Source: a virus (lineage: Duplodnaviria; Caudoviricetes). Taken from it: a stretch of 64,000 bases of DNA. The translations under genes were made by a program, and so were the position numbers. The stretch's first letter is position 1; every line of letters starts with the position of its first letter. The DNA is taken from positions 1-64,000 of IMG/VR virus record IMGVR_UViG_2731957577_000001, one strand, 5' to 3'. The notes beneath the pieces are model-generated. The model worked only from the letters and a program-made list of their open reading frames with translations, was not told the origin of the DNA and did no database searches. This document shows, in pieces, positions 19,501 to 27,602 of the stretch.

Positions 19501-19823
19501 ACAAGCAAAAGACGGGAGATAAACTGAATCTGACCTCCACATACCGCGTCGAGTCGGGCAGCTGGCACATGACCGGTTGGGCGATTGACATCGATACCCC
19601 GGACGCCCCGCGGATCGGCGGACAGGTCCGGTTCCCGAAAGGCAGCAAGGAAAAGCAGAACCTCGAGACCTTGATTGACCTAGCGATTCAGGTTGGTTTC
19701 GGCGGAATCATTCACGGGGATGTGGACGTGATCGCAGCCATGAAGAAGAAGTATCCCAACGTTGTGATTCAGCAGCGTGATGACCACTATAACCACTTAC
19801 ATCTGTCCTATCCGAGGGGCTGA
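13548..19823 (+). CDS. Tail tube-initiator / baseplate hub fusion with degenerate SLT, GH73 glucosaminidase and M15-like peptidase domains
   Basis: Hub-like RVHFRMGYG..NGTV; GH73 motifs AHESGWG, NLFG, YATD (about 18790-19260); M15-like TSTYR..SWHMTGWAIDI..HLHLS (about 19470-19815). Confidence 0.82.
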   Translation: MATTVLDDRDALYGALPDHHLRIGDTQFYVPPTAIQVTRRVRSDRINILRGRGSFAKQSGYSDLVVELTLFFPDTQSINNELRPLLAQFMKCPFLPIENTHLNNVHKIEAVTVEGLTVTTTPGFPTTLTATIQLLAFNPWSYLIDQTGRTFDEMINWPLFRWYYQRNLEPSKYRYIRYFEPLTEDLDNSYIFRVASEQDLSAMKAWRVQENKLYQDWLQKTQTTDPVQDIKNEFASDEDFWNKLDQQARSAIFEYDIHMEEWPIPNLHLVSLSASFQNIISTVQLQMHEAPTHQYLGSQDTVFAAVFQTDDEEAIASLQNLVRRSSYLTREYHTVLSNGFLEFDNQLARLFGVHYVIIDDMVVRSVENMPGVFEVTLQMTSYNRMQQRLAETQMIGGNVKWDLGGAFTNSFLKMLTPLTSWSWLQDRPFWKQITSDGWNELDIQKQAVYNAAIREAFKIIEVYPDLELPTYAEVEQAGFSIPNTNGGYFVDPDFFIMYEDPFEFNNMLKDEVAKSYTTVLRDAGGGKAEITPSTANPDEKTQKDIDEKSAKYDNPTSGISSGDPPDTADQKNLSTADMETLIREKAAAEGLDQRFVIAFAKMNDAKLRQFYNPGIGANKELDNITVSDSNIPVMQTADLHYFKDPSLIQEAAYIGVMRVSPLMGDAQALGRSIVYNVTQGVAALKYYLSQVDDAGTINQNVYDALGLDPDKDIQKAKYAAAIALYLGFGREWNDLVSQNKRLPYLLTAKIKAVLSDMDKESKWSSQDLKKKYSALPIADQKAPANTEEDLSAQFQPDEPGNESDYESDDFTFRGMFQDMIQYDRRGRLIRAFPTFFMVFIDEGQYVDGVVKLADHFFGYSAVSDITYTNNRKQASSTLVVEMCNVFGNLTDATKSVDLTHPNTLSLFESLFVPTMEAAHIEQSRDRNSNYYKSIFLRTGARVHFRMGYGSNAAELPTIMNGTVTQLENNGDTVTMIVQDDGVELTNKLKAKPGDSTDGFLQAKKEPSEIIDDLLLDRGSGISGFIGNLWEDFSNKAYYSHSLGIMHFGMHGVPISGQDFIKGVLPIAWLISGTDRDIYEINMNIYKTNGLLNVENDTFWHKLEDMFGIGQGQEDSINITLYDKTVWDVLSVCAYMGPDYILAVHPFEFRSTIFMGKPYFPLNYGYVVDNNKITGTLMKPFRQYHLYDSWTSIIDNSIVASEQNMYTVAIGTFMNEGKLDTTRPIYVDADIWPEKQRTVNVDTQVNAKGIWFVEKAVPFVGGLLNKPFKWYFDEGVAIKIAASALRDYVKDMYDGYLTVMGDPTVKPFDQILIHDEYIDMAGPAEVKEVTQIMSLDMGYVTAIKPDCVVVNSDRKVINGAFSMTATLTPLLVTLKLRSMFRNAGYTGALPIMNAIWAMTKNNMKTLKAKFDATKLGTKLNNWWNGSDMQTYTRKFDMVSKETIERWKKSGLLKKTADTLGSVNAQQIEELLNRGDSALLEKGFWGYDKVSSAAKTLRLEKATSKFVAGGAKAIGMAARFAQAGLVGAEMFAGPIGWIAILVETMAMSLLTATVGEFLKRFLFTRHACLVMPLKKEGIEFTAGLNGHKGSVVGDSPDMWQSLLTNGVASTIFSVFLGVDTSQYGAAGSSNNPVSVKASSNGSSTGSSSSAMSFFEQYRRPVPYDPTLIQWYNTDLENAKKEMSGELQRLDDENKKPDYSDEISAMQKGLQEISQLPSLIKNAISNLASEIAQLISGGDGYNYDGTDFTKIDLNQPSGISAEAIDKAFAANGGGHLKGLGKYFVQLEKQIPPLPGHQAKEGRVMNGLYFAAHAAHESGWGTSQIYRDKHNLFGYGAYDSNPYGDADSFDSDEHCIIFVANKVKDDYLTPGGQFYSKDKGPTLEGMNEKYATDKHWATDIANIMKEIAKLDPNFKWPGTATKVKIDETPPDPNHREKYYLTPAQAKQRLAYVPSFGLKHLGQTWVDGSAAIKYAHKGTLEMADELARLYKQKTGDKLNLTSTYRVESGSWHMTGWAIDIDTPDAPRIGGQVRFPKGSKEKQNLETLIDLAIQVGFGGIIHGDVDVIAAMKKKYPNVVIQQRDDHYNHLHLSYPRG

Positions 19824-19828
19824 TCGGA

Positions 19829-20251
19829 ATGCCTGAGACGAGTCATTTTCGCAAGCAGCTAGCCCATGAAGGTCGGGAGGCGGCGGGTGATACCCACACC
19901 TCCGGCCTGATTGGGTATGTCGTGAACTTTCATCCGGCGGCAGATATCTGCAACTGCAGCCGGCATAAAGGCGCCAAGATTGAAAAGGATGTTTGGCACA
20001 CCGCAGACATCGACGTCTTCATGGGGCGCAAGTATCAGCGATATGTTGACGTGCCTTGCTTTGTATACTCACAGGGCATTTTAGACCACGGTCTGAAACC
20101 CAATGATCGGGTATGGGTAGAGTTCATTGGCGGCGATAAGTCGCATGCCGTTATCACGGCCTACTATCGAGACCCAAGTGGGTTGGAAGTCCTTGTGAAT
20201 GACTTTCAGATTGGTGTCGCCAACTTCGTCTCCAAACTTTTTAACTGGTAG
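19829..20251 (+). CDS. Baseplate spike N-terminal OB-fold-like protein (gp5/gpV type)
   Basis: VPCF..QG....LKPNDRVWVEFIGGD..AVITAY pattern; follows the hub gene. Confidence 0.6.
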   Translation: MPETSHFRKQLAHEGREAAGDTHTSGLIGYVVNFHPAADICNCSRHKGAKIEKDVWHTADIDVFMGRKYQRYVDVPCFVYSQGILDHGLKPNDRVWVEFIGGDKSHAVITAYYRDPSGLEVLVNDFQIGVANFVSKLFNW

Positions 20252-20260
20252 GTGAAGTGC

Positions 20261-20629
20261 ATGTCATGGACGGACACTTTGAATGATATTCAATTCCAGC
20301 CAGACGTTGACATCGACGATATGGTCAACCAGTTTCATGCCACCAACGGGACGGACAATCAAGATGTCGGCTTCGTGCATCGTATGACAGGCGCCGGCAT
20401 TTTGGCCCGCTCCAGTGGTACGCTCGAAGGTTTCGCTGATTATGGACTTGGCTTTCGGATCGACCCAGACACGCAAAGCATTACGTTTGTCGCTCCCACA
20501 ATTCAGTTCCTCTGCTATCAAACAAAGACGTACGACCCCAACTTCAAGCAGCCGCTCAACCCCATCAACAAGGAATTTGCAGACGTGTTGCAGATCTTAG
20601 GAGGGACTCCCGATGGCACTTCGGTATGA
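20261..20629 (+). CDS. Putative spike-associated beta-rich protein
   Basis: AGGTG RBS before ATG 20261; short beta-strand repeats; lies between the OB-fold gene and the gp25-like gene. Confidence 0.45.
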   Translation: MSWTDTLNDIQFQPDVDIDDMVNQFHATNGTDNQDVGFVHRMTGAGILARSSGTLEGFADYGLGFRIDPDTQSITFVAPTIQFLCYQTKTYDPNFKQPLNPINKEFADVLQILGGTPDGTSV

Positions 20630-21014
20630 CGATTATGACTTACGCTTCTACGGAAATGGAATTGAAGGCGATCTACAGGTGGACCCTGTAACCGGCGATT
20701 TAGCCTTGACTGAGCAGTGGGAATGTCCCCGGCAGGATATGACCAACCGGATTCGCACACAGACGGGGGACTGGAGTACGCACCCGGATATTGGCGGGGA
20801 TCTGGAGCTTCTTGAGGGGGAACCCAATACCCGGGCCACCGCGGATCAAGGAGCGGCTCAGATTTTGCGAACACTCACGTTTGATGGACGGTTTTCTCCT
20901 GCGGATTTGACCATCCGGCCAGTGCCGACCAGCATCGACCAGATCGATTACTACGTGTTTCTTGACGCCGGCGCCGATCAGCCACTGGTTGTCAAACAGA
21001 CTTCTCAGTTGTAG
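20613..21014 (+). CDS. Baseplate wedge / sheath initiator, gp25-like
   Basis: GDLAL...RIRTQTGDW..HPDIG motif, 133 aa, directly upstream of baseplate J. Confidence 0.75.
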   Translation: MALRYDDYDLRFYGNGIEGDLQVDPVTGDLALTEQWECPRQDMTNRIRTQTGDWSTHPDIGGDLELLEGEPNTRATADQGAAQILRTLTFDGRFSPADLTIRPVPTSIDQIDYYVFLDAGADQPLVVKQTSQL

Positions 21015-21022
21015 GGGAAGGG

Positions 21023-21886
21023 GTGAGTGATGTGGCCACCCTGATCAAACGAACCGCCGATCAGATTCTCCAGGATGCCTTGACCTACATCCCGGCGAAC
21101 ACACCGATTACCAATCTCACGCCGGGAGCCATTGCCCGCGCGCTGGTCGAGGCCATGAAAGACGAGTATCCACGGCTATACGACTATGCAGAAACGATCC
21201 TGAACATGGGATTTCTAAGTACCGCCGAAGGTCAGTATCTGGATCTCATCGGTGGACTCTTTAGCTACCCTCGTCGAACCACGACCGTCATCGATCAGAC
21301 CACAGGCGAGATGAATGATGTCCTCATTGATGATGACACATATCGATACGAGATTTCACAACGGGTGCTGGCCGCGGCAAACGCCAACTTAACCGCATTG
21401 CGTCTGGCCATTCTACCGGTTCCAGGTGTGGATGATGTGGTGGAGAAGGAGTATGCGCAGGGCACTGGCAGCTTTAGCTTTTACGTCATCACCTCCAACG
21501 GATTTACACCGGAGAGTGTGCAAAGCCAAGTCCAAGCGGCCGTCGAGGATGTGAAAGCGTTCGGTGTTCGGGACAATATTCTGCTTCCCACAGAGATTCC
21601 CCTCGACATCAGCCTGCAGCTTACCCTTGCAGACTCCGTTTCCGACCAGGATGCACAACTGATTCAATTGAACGTGAAAACGGCCATCTACAATTACATC
21701 GGCAACCTCAGTATGGGGCAGGGATTGATCTATAACGAGTTGGTCAAAGCCATCATGGATGCGGATAGCCGGATTCAGGAATTCACGATCACCCAGTTCT
21801 ATCTCAATAATGAGCCGGCGTTGCTGACCAACCAGAATGTCAATGATGACGAGCGAATCGTGGTCTCCAGTGTCAACGTAAGCTGA
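21023..21886 (+). CDS. Baseplate J-like wedge protein
   Basis: TNLTPGAIARALVEA, TAEGQYLDLIG, DDDTYRYEI, VPGVDDV, GTGS motifs. Confidence 0.85.
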   Translation: MSDVATLIKRTADQILQDALTYIPANTPITNLTPGAIARALVEAMKDEYPRLYDYAETILNMGFLSTAEGQYLDLIGGLFSYPRRTTTVIDQTTGEMNDVLIDDDTYRYEISQRVLAAANANLTALRLAILPVPGVDDVVEKEYAQGTGSFSFYVITSNGFTPESVQSQVQAAVEDVKAFGVRDNILLPTEIPLDISLQLTLADSVSDQDAQLIQLNVKTAIYNYIGNLSMGQGLIYNELVKAIMDADSRIQEFTITQFYLNNEPALLTNQNVNDDERIVVSSVNVS

Positions 21887-21912
21887 AACACCCGATAAGG
21901 AGGTAAATAGGG

Positions 21913-22572
21913 ATGCCGCTGACCAAGATTCTGAAATCCGATCTCAGTGTGGACCTCCAGCAACTGATTGAAGACCTGAGAAATGCCCGAGGGACATTTC
22001 CCTCGCTGTCCGACCGGCTTGATGGCCCTTCGGTGTTGCTGAAAAACCTGGACTCGAGCATTCAAGATGTGATCAAAGACCTACAGATGGCCAAAGACAC
22101 AACCGGCCAAGAAATGTCGATCCGCATGACAAACATGGAGAATAAGGAAGTCATCGTGGACTTAGAGAACGCCAAAACCGCGAGTGGCAAGGACATGTCC
22201 ACCCGTGTTTCCGATCTGGAATCCGAAGTATCCAGTCTGTCCTCAGCCTCTGGCACAGTGGGTCTAAAGACCGTTGGCGAACCCCAGCTTACGGATGCCC
22301 TGCTGGCCGAAATCCACGCGGTGTCAGAGCGCGGAAACTACACAGAACAGTACACTTACGATGATTATGGCAACGTAACATCTGTTACGGTAACTGGGGA
22401 CTTCGCCTATACCGTTACCTACACGTATTCAGATCCCGTCAACGGCATACTTCAACAATCTGTCAAGACACTCATTGAAGACGGCAAGACGGTGACGGTG
22501 ACTAAAACCTACACTTACGATTCCACCAACACCAATATCACCGCAGTATCGACCACAACCACGATTTCGTAA
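21913..22572 (+). CDS. Tail fibre / baseplate-associated protein
   Basis: Three A(R/K)...(L/M)S.R..(D/E) coil repeats (ARGTFPSLSDRLD type); C-terminal YTYD beta repeats; AGGAGG RBS. Confidence 0.6.
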   Translation: MPLTKILKSDLSVDLQQLIEDLRNARGTFPSLSDRLDGPSVLLKNLDSSIQDVIKDLQMAKDTTGQEMSIRMTNMENKEVIVDLENAKTASGKDMSTRVSDLESEVSSLSSASGTVGLKTVGEPQLTDALLAEIHAVSERGNYTEQYTYDDYGNVTSVTVTGDFAYTVTYTYSDPVNGILQQSVKTLIEDGKTVTVTKTYTYDSTNTNITAVSTTTTIS

Positions 22573-22587
22573 GGGCGGTGAAAGACA

Positions 22588-23280
22588 ATGGATGCCATCG
22601 TGATGAGCAAGGCCAAATCAGCCTTGAATAAGATTAAGAATCTTGATCTCAACGTTGTCGCGCCGCTGGCGGAAGGCCGGTTTGCGACCGTTGCCGATCG
22701 ATTGGCATGGTTGGAAGATCAAGCGGCGAAATTAAAGGCCAGTAACTCCATTCCTATTGACTTGAGCCAAGGTATCTTTGATGGGACCGAGTTTGTAGGA
22801 GGACAACTGCGGCTGAAATGTCTTGGAGAGAATCAATATGTCACTTCCGGCACGTGGGAATCTCCTATTATTGACCTGACGAGCGATTGGATCGATACGA
22901 CACGCGTCAACATCACGAACATTGTACCCTCAGGAGCGTCATGCGTTCTTGAAGTGGCTTCCTCAACGGATGGCGTTACATTCTCAAACTATTCGACATA
23001 TGACCCAGCAAACATTCCGCAGACCAGATACCTGAAATTCAGGGTGACTTTAACCGCACCAGTGACAAGTTCAACATCAACGACCCTTGAATTCAACAAT
23101 TCAGATCCTCAAAACACATTCACATTGGACAGTAATACAGTAGCGGACGGGGCTCTTCACCTCAAGACCAGTTACACATTCACGATGACGGATGAAGGTG
23201 CGGTAGGGGCCGGCCATATGTTTAGCCAAGTCTTGGACAAGACAGCCTTTAGTTCTATTGAGAAAGTGAGTGTGAACTAA
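22588..23280 (+). CDS. Tail fibre scaffold protein (paralogue of 26595..27602)
   Basis: Shares GRFATVADRL, G.WES..IDL, S.DG..FS.Y and SIE.(V/L).V segments with the 26595 ORF. Confidence 0.6.
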   Translation: MDAIVMSKAKSALNKIKNLDLNVVAPLAEGRFATVADRLAWLEDQAAKLKASNSIPIDLSQGIFDGTEFVGGQLRLKCLGENQYVTSGTWESPIIDLTSDWIDTTRVNITNIVPSGASCVLEVASSTDGVTFSNYSTYDPANIPQTRYLKFRVTLTAPVTSSTSTTLEFNNSDPQNTFTLDSNTVADGALHLKTSYTFTMTDEGAVGAGHMFSQVLDKTAFSSIEKVSVN

Positions 23281-23281
23281 T

Positions 23282-24001
23282 ATGGCAGCACCTGCAACAA
23301 GCGGGAAATTGGTAACGACTCTGCAAGGAATGAATATAGGAGATTATATTGTCTGCGGATTGACATTTGTAGGAAGCAATTCAGCACCAAAACTCGGAAT
23401 GCTTGGCAGTTGCAATTATAGCGAGATGTCTTACTCTGGTATGGCAAATCCGTCCAATGGCGCTAAATCAACTCAGTGGTCCTTTTACTTTGTAAAGGTT
23501 GATAAAGGTTTACTCATTGCGGATCGTGTAATCGTGAACTCCATCTCGTGGGACACTTTGAATTCTGGCAAGGTCATTCAAGGAACTCCTGCATCTAATG
23601 TGTTTTCTGACAGCACATATGCGCAGCAAGGTATATCCAACCCCATCATACGTTCCCTTACAGGTGGAGTAGCTTATGCAGATGCGAATGGGAATTACAC
23701 TACGAGTGGAACAAATGCTTCACCGGGATGGCCAACGAACAATGAATATGATCGCTACCTCATGAACTCCACCCTAGGGGGAAAGATTATTGCCGGAGAT
23801 GACAATGTGTGGCACCACGGGAATGGCTCTTTTTATATGCAGACATGGTGTCAAGACACTCCGGCACTTGCCATAGCTGTCTCGACCAATAGGGTGGTAA
23901 GGTCCAACAATCCATCACAGTCATGGAATTTTAACTACAGGGCGTCAAGTACCGCAATCACAACTACCGGTTTCCGCCCAGTCTTCCAGTACCAAGAATA
24001 A
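23282..24001 (+). CDS. Putative receptor-binding protein with C-type-lectin-like fold
   Basis: LIADR..ISWDTLN, LTGG, NNEYDRY, C-terminal GFRPV; AT-richer than flanks. Confidence 0.55.
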   Translation: MAAPATSGKLVTTLQGMNIGDYIVCGLTFVGSNSAPKLGMLGSCNYSEMSYSGMANPSNGAKSTQWSFYFVKVDKGLLIADRVIVNSISWDTLNSGKVIQGTPASNVFSDSTYAQQGISNPIIRSLTGGVAYADANGNYTTSGTNASPGWPTNNEYDRYLMNSTLGGKIIAGDDNVWHHGNGSFYMQTWCQDTPALAIAVSTNRVVRSNNPSQSWNFNYRASSTAITTTGFRPVFQYQE

Positions 24002-24017
24002 AGAGAGGTGAGAGCAT

Positions 24018-26537
24018 ATGGCTACAGTAGGACAACAGCTTCTTTATCCGGAGTATGGTTGGAAACGGTATGATGATACAAATAAAGCTCTTACCTATAC
24101 AGGAACATGGAGTTCGGTATCTGGGCCTGGGTTGGCTAATTTCAATCAAACAAGAAGGGAATCGACAGCTACTGGAGCTTTAGTGTCCTTTACGTTTTTC
24201 GGAACAAAACTAAGAATTATCTCAGTAGTAAACAGTAATGGCCCCACAAGTGTTCAGGTCGCAATCGATGACGCTCAGAATACGTTTAGTTGCAACGGAG
24301 CCACCACAGTAGCTCAGGCGCTCGTGTTCGAACAAACTGGACTTTCACAAGGAAATCATTCTGTGACAATTACTCTTACACAAGCAAGTAACTTTGTGTT
24401 TGACGCCATCGACACCGATGGGTACTTGGTTGACTCCAACGGTAACCGTGTACCAGGTGCATGGTGTACATCCATTCAAGACATGATTGTGGGAGACAGG
24501 ATTGTTGCAGAATATACGGCTCCCACATCTGATCAGGTCGGGACATTCAAGAATCTTGGTACATCTACAGCTTCTTTGATTCCCGCTGCCTCTTCTGCCA
24601 CGCCAAATGGTGCATTCTACTTCATCATGGTGGATAGAGATTATCTCGGACGAAAGCTCCTTGTGGCGGACCGAAATATTCAAAGCGGCATTTCATGGGA
24701 TACATTAAATACAGCAGGCATCGCCAGCGGGAGTGGATTACCCTATTCATTTCTCAGAGATCTAGTTCCGGTAATGACATCTGATACAAGTCCAGGCATC
24801 TGCTCCATATCCGGATTTTCTGATGCATGGAAAATATTTGATGGGTATGAATCATCGAACGTTTATTTTAGTGCTTCTCAGAACATCATTATAGATTTCC
24901 TATCCCCAATCAGTGTTCAGGGCATGAGCTATTTTGCAGACGGATCCTATGTAGTGAAAAGCTTTACCCTAAGTGGATCCAACGATGGCTCTACATGGAC
25001 AACTATCCAATCTGTATCTGCACCACAAGTACAGCGCAACACAGTATTATTTGATGTGGTAACTTACCGCTACTATCAAATTAGCAATGTACAAATCTAC
25101 AGCAGTGGTGTTGCAGACCGCGCATTTAAATCAATTCAATTGATTGGACCATCATCAAAAGAACACACTCTTCGGCTCCTCACGGGTGGTACATCTTCTC
25201 AAGACACCAATAATGAATGGGATAAGTACATTGTTAACTCCACATTGAATGGCGCCATTACAGCGGGAGATAACAATGTATGGAATTGGAGTGGTTTATA
25301 CAGTTGGGCATCTACTGTGGGTTCCTCTGCAGGTACATGGAGGGTAACAAGAGGATACAGTGCAGCAAACACTTGGGATCAAGCAGGATCAAGTTCAGTC
25401 AATTCTATTTACGGTTTCCGTCCAATGCTTGTCGTAGATCCACCTGCACCCCAAAAGAAGTTCTTAATACAAGATGGGATGGATATTGAGGCATATGTAT
25501 CTAGTACATGGACGACAATTGGATCTGCTCCTGCCACTCAGGACATGTTTGATCAAAATGGCATGACAGACTTGTCTGTCCTCACGCCCGACGCTATTCA
25601 ACAGCTCACATCTTCTCAGCCTAAGCTCTTGTTCTGGACAGATGATACACAGACTCCAAGTCATACCGCGACGATCACCGCTGTTCCTGCACCGCGACTT
25701 GTATTTCCAACGGGTGACATTGATCTTCCGCCACAAGGATTTCAGTCGATTCAGCTTAATGCCTCTGTTTCTGGTTCTGGTGTACTGGGAGTGCTGGCGA
25801 GTGTGGATGGCGGGGAAACGTGGCATTCATACAATGGCGGCGCGTGGGCTGTCGTAGATACAACAGACTTGGCTACTGTGAAATCCTTGGTAATGACGCC
25901 GGACACCTTTAATGGACTGACACTGGATCAATGGCAAAAGCTCATTGGTTCATCCACAAAGATCCGCTTTGCCTATTATATTGAACAGGCAACTTCCATA
26001 GACCAAGCAGCGGCGGATTTCCTTACGATTACCGCCAATCCTGTGTCGATGGTCACGCCTACGATAAATTCGCTCTCCGTACAAGCTGACCAGATTTCGC
26101 TGGAGAACCGGCTGAAGAGCCTCGAGCAAATCAACGCCATCAACCTCTCCAAGCTCAATTTCAAGAGCAATGCTTTGATCAAGTCTGCTCAATACAGTAT
26201 GTATGACATGATTGTCGATACATTTGAGGATGTGGGGACGGTTGACACTGCCGCCACCACAGCCACCTATGATACAGTGAATAAAGCATATATCGGTCCG
26301 GGTGATGTTGTAATGCCCATCCAGACACTTCCGGATCCGAGAAGCAAGCTCATGATCAACGCAGACGCGGATCCAGAGGCGGCGTTTAGTTACAGTCTGG
26401 ATGGCGGCGCGACGTGGAATGCAGCCACCTTGGGGACAATCATGGACATCTCCTGCGCCTCTGGCAACCAACTAAAGATCAGAGCCACGTTGACGGGGAG
26501 CTCACAGCTTCGGGCATTGTCTTACGCTTGGGTTTAA
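24018..26537 (+). CDS. Multidomain tail fibre / adhesin (carbohydrate-binding, CLec-like and discoidin domains)
   Basis: GWKRYDD jelly-roll N-terminus; LVADRNIQ..ISWD..GFRPM; discoidin-like IFDG..FTLSGSNDG..W..YRYY; conserved C-terminal scaffold. Confidence 0.7.
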   Translation: MATVGQQLLYPEYGWKRYDDTNKALTYTGTWSSVSGPGLANFNQTRRESTATGALVSFTFFGTKLRIISVVNSNGPTSVQVAIDDAQNTFSCNGATTVAQALVFEQTGLSQGNHSVTITLTQASNFVFDAIDTDGYLVDSNGNRVPGAWCTSIQDMIVGDRIVAEYTAPTSDQVGTFKNLGTSTASLIPAASSATPNGAFYFIMVDRDYLGRKLLVADRNIQSGISWDTLNTAGIASGSGLPYSFLRDLVPVMTSDTSPGICSISGFSDAWKIFDGYESSNVYFSASQNIIIDFLSPISVQGMSYFADGSYVVKSFTLSGSNDGSTWTTIQSVSAPQVQRNTVLFDVVTYRYYQISNVQIYSSGVADRAFKSIQLIGPSSKEHTLRLLTGGTSSQDTNNEWDKYIVNSTLNGAITAGDNNVWNWSGLYSWASTVGSSAGTWRVTRGYSAANTWDQAGSSSVNSIYGFRPMLVVDPPAPQKKFLIQDGMDIEAYVSSTWTTIGSAPATQDMFDQNGMTDLSVLTPDAIQQLTSSQPKLLFWTDDTQTPSHTATITAVPAPRLVFPTGDIDLPPQGFQSIQLNASVSGSGVLGVLASVDGGETWHSYNGGAWAVVDTTDLATVKSLVMTPDTFNGLTLDQWQKLIGSSTKIRFAYYIEQATSIDQAAADFLTITANPVSMVTPTINSLSVQADQISLENRLKSLEQINAINLSKLNFKSNALIKSAQYSMYDMIVDTFEDVGTVDTAATTATYDTVNKAYIGPGDVVMPIQTLPDPRSKLMINADADPEAAFSYSLDGGATWNAATLGTIMDISCASGNQLKIRATLTGSSQLRALSYAWV

Positions 26538-26594
26538 GAACGTGGGGTCGCTCCGCCCCCCTCCCGCCTCATAGATGTGAAAGAGGTGATTGGA

Positions 26595-27602
26595 TTGGAT
26601 ATCCTGGCTCTTCAACAAGCCATGAAGGCCAAAAAAGCCATGAGTGCCCTGTCCAACCGTATGGGGGCAACCCCACAGGGCGCATATACCGACGTTGCCA
26701 CCCGATTGAGTGCGTTAGAATCTGAAGAGATTCCTACAGTATCTCACCATGTCTCCGATGTAGAGGCGGCGACGGCCATCAATCTGAATAAAACCAACCT
26801 TTTCATTCAGAGCATCATCGATAAAAACCGGTACGAGCATACGGATATGGTGGTGGAGGATTTTCAAGACGACTCTGGAATTGACCCTTTACAGTCGTCT
26901 GGCTATGTTTTAGATACAATCCTCGGCGCTGTTGAAGTGGTATCTGGCCAGCCGTCTGCGATTGTGGTCACGACGGCGGAAGACTCCGATATTGTCCCCT
27001 CTGAGTTTCAGATTTCCATAGCTACGAAGGTCAACGATACCGATGACGTTTCCGTTGATCTGACAAAAGGTACGTTTACCAACACAGAGATTGTGAGTGA
27101 TCAGTTGCAACTGAAACGAACGAGTGCCGATGAGGATTCTCCAGTCACTTATGCGGCATCAGGTTCATGGGAATCGGATGTCATTGACTTAGGAGATAAC
27201 TTTAAGTCTCTTGATACAATCAACGTGACGAATACTTTACCAACTGGTACATCCATTTCGATTGAGACATCTACCTCTACAGATGGAATCAACTTCTCTC
27301 CATATACACCCCTGAATTCAGATGGAACCATTGCTTCACCTTCAGGGAGATACATCAAAATCAAAGTGGATATGTCAGGGGGGTATCAATTTGTCAGCAA
27401 CCTCAAGAATGATTTTGTGGCTTCAGAAGCAAGTCAGTTTCAGAGTGACCCACAGGTTGCTTTTGATGGCAGTCTTCATGAAGTGACTTCGTATTCCACT
27501 CCGATGACAGTTGACTCTTCATGGACAGATGCAGGAACACTCTTCAGATCGACGATTGATACATCATCTCTGAAATCCATTGAAAGACTAGAGGTGAAAT
27601 GA
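26595..27602 (+). CDS. Tail fibre scaffold protein
   Basis: GAGGTG RBS before TTG 26595 (ORF track starts 26577); paralogous to the 22588 and 29252 ORFs. Confidence 0.6.
   Translation: MDILALQQAMKAKKAMSALSNRMGATPQGAYTDVATRLSALESEEIPTVSHHVSDVEAATAINLNKTNLFIQSIIDKNRYEHTDMVVEDFQDDSGIDPLQSSGYVLDTILGAVEVVSGQPSAIVVTTAEDSDIVPSEFQISIATKVNDTDDVSVDLTKGTFTNTEIVSDQLQLKRTSADEDSPVTYAASGSWESDVIDLGDNFKSLDTINVTNTLPTGTSISIETSTSTDGINFSPYTPLNSDGTIASPSGRYIKIKVDMSGGYQFVSNLKNDFVASEASQFQSDPQVAFDGSLHEVTSYSTPMTVDSSWTDAGTLFRSTIDTSSLKSIERLEVK

Noticed and set aside
22330-22560. RHS/YD-repeat toxin
   Set aside because: Only two or three YTYD-like units, with no RHS core or toxin tip
23830-25435. Complete diversity-generating retroelement
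   Set aside because: No reverse transcriptase and no near-identical TR/VR pair visible in the window
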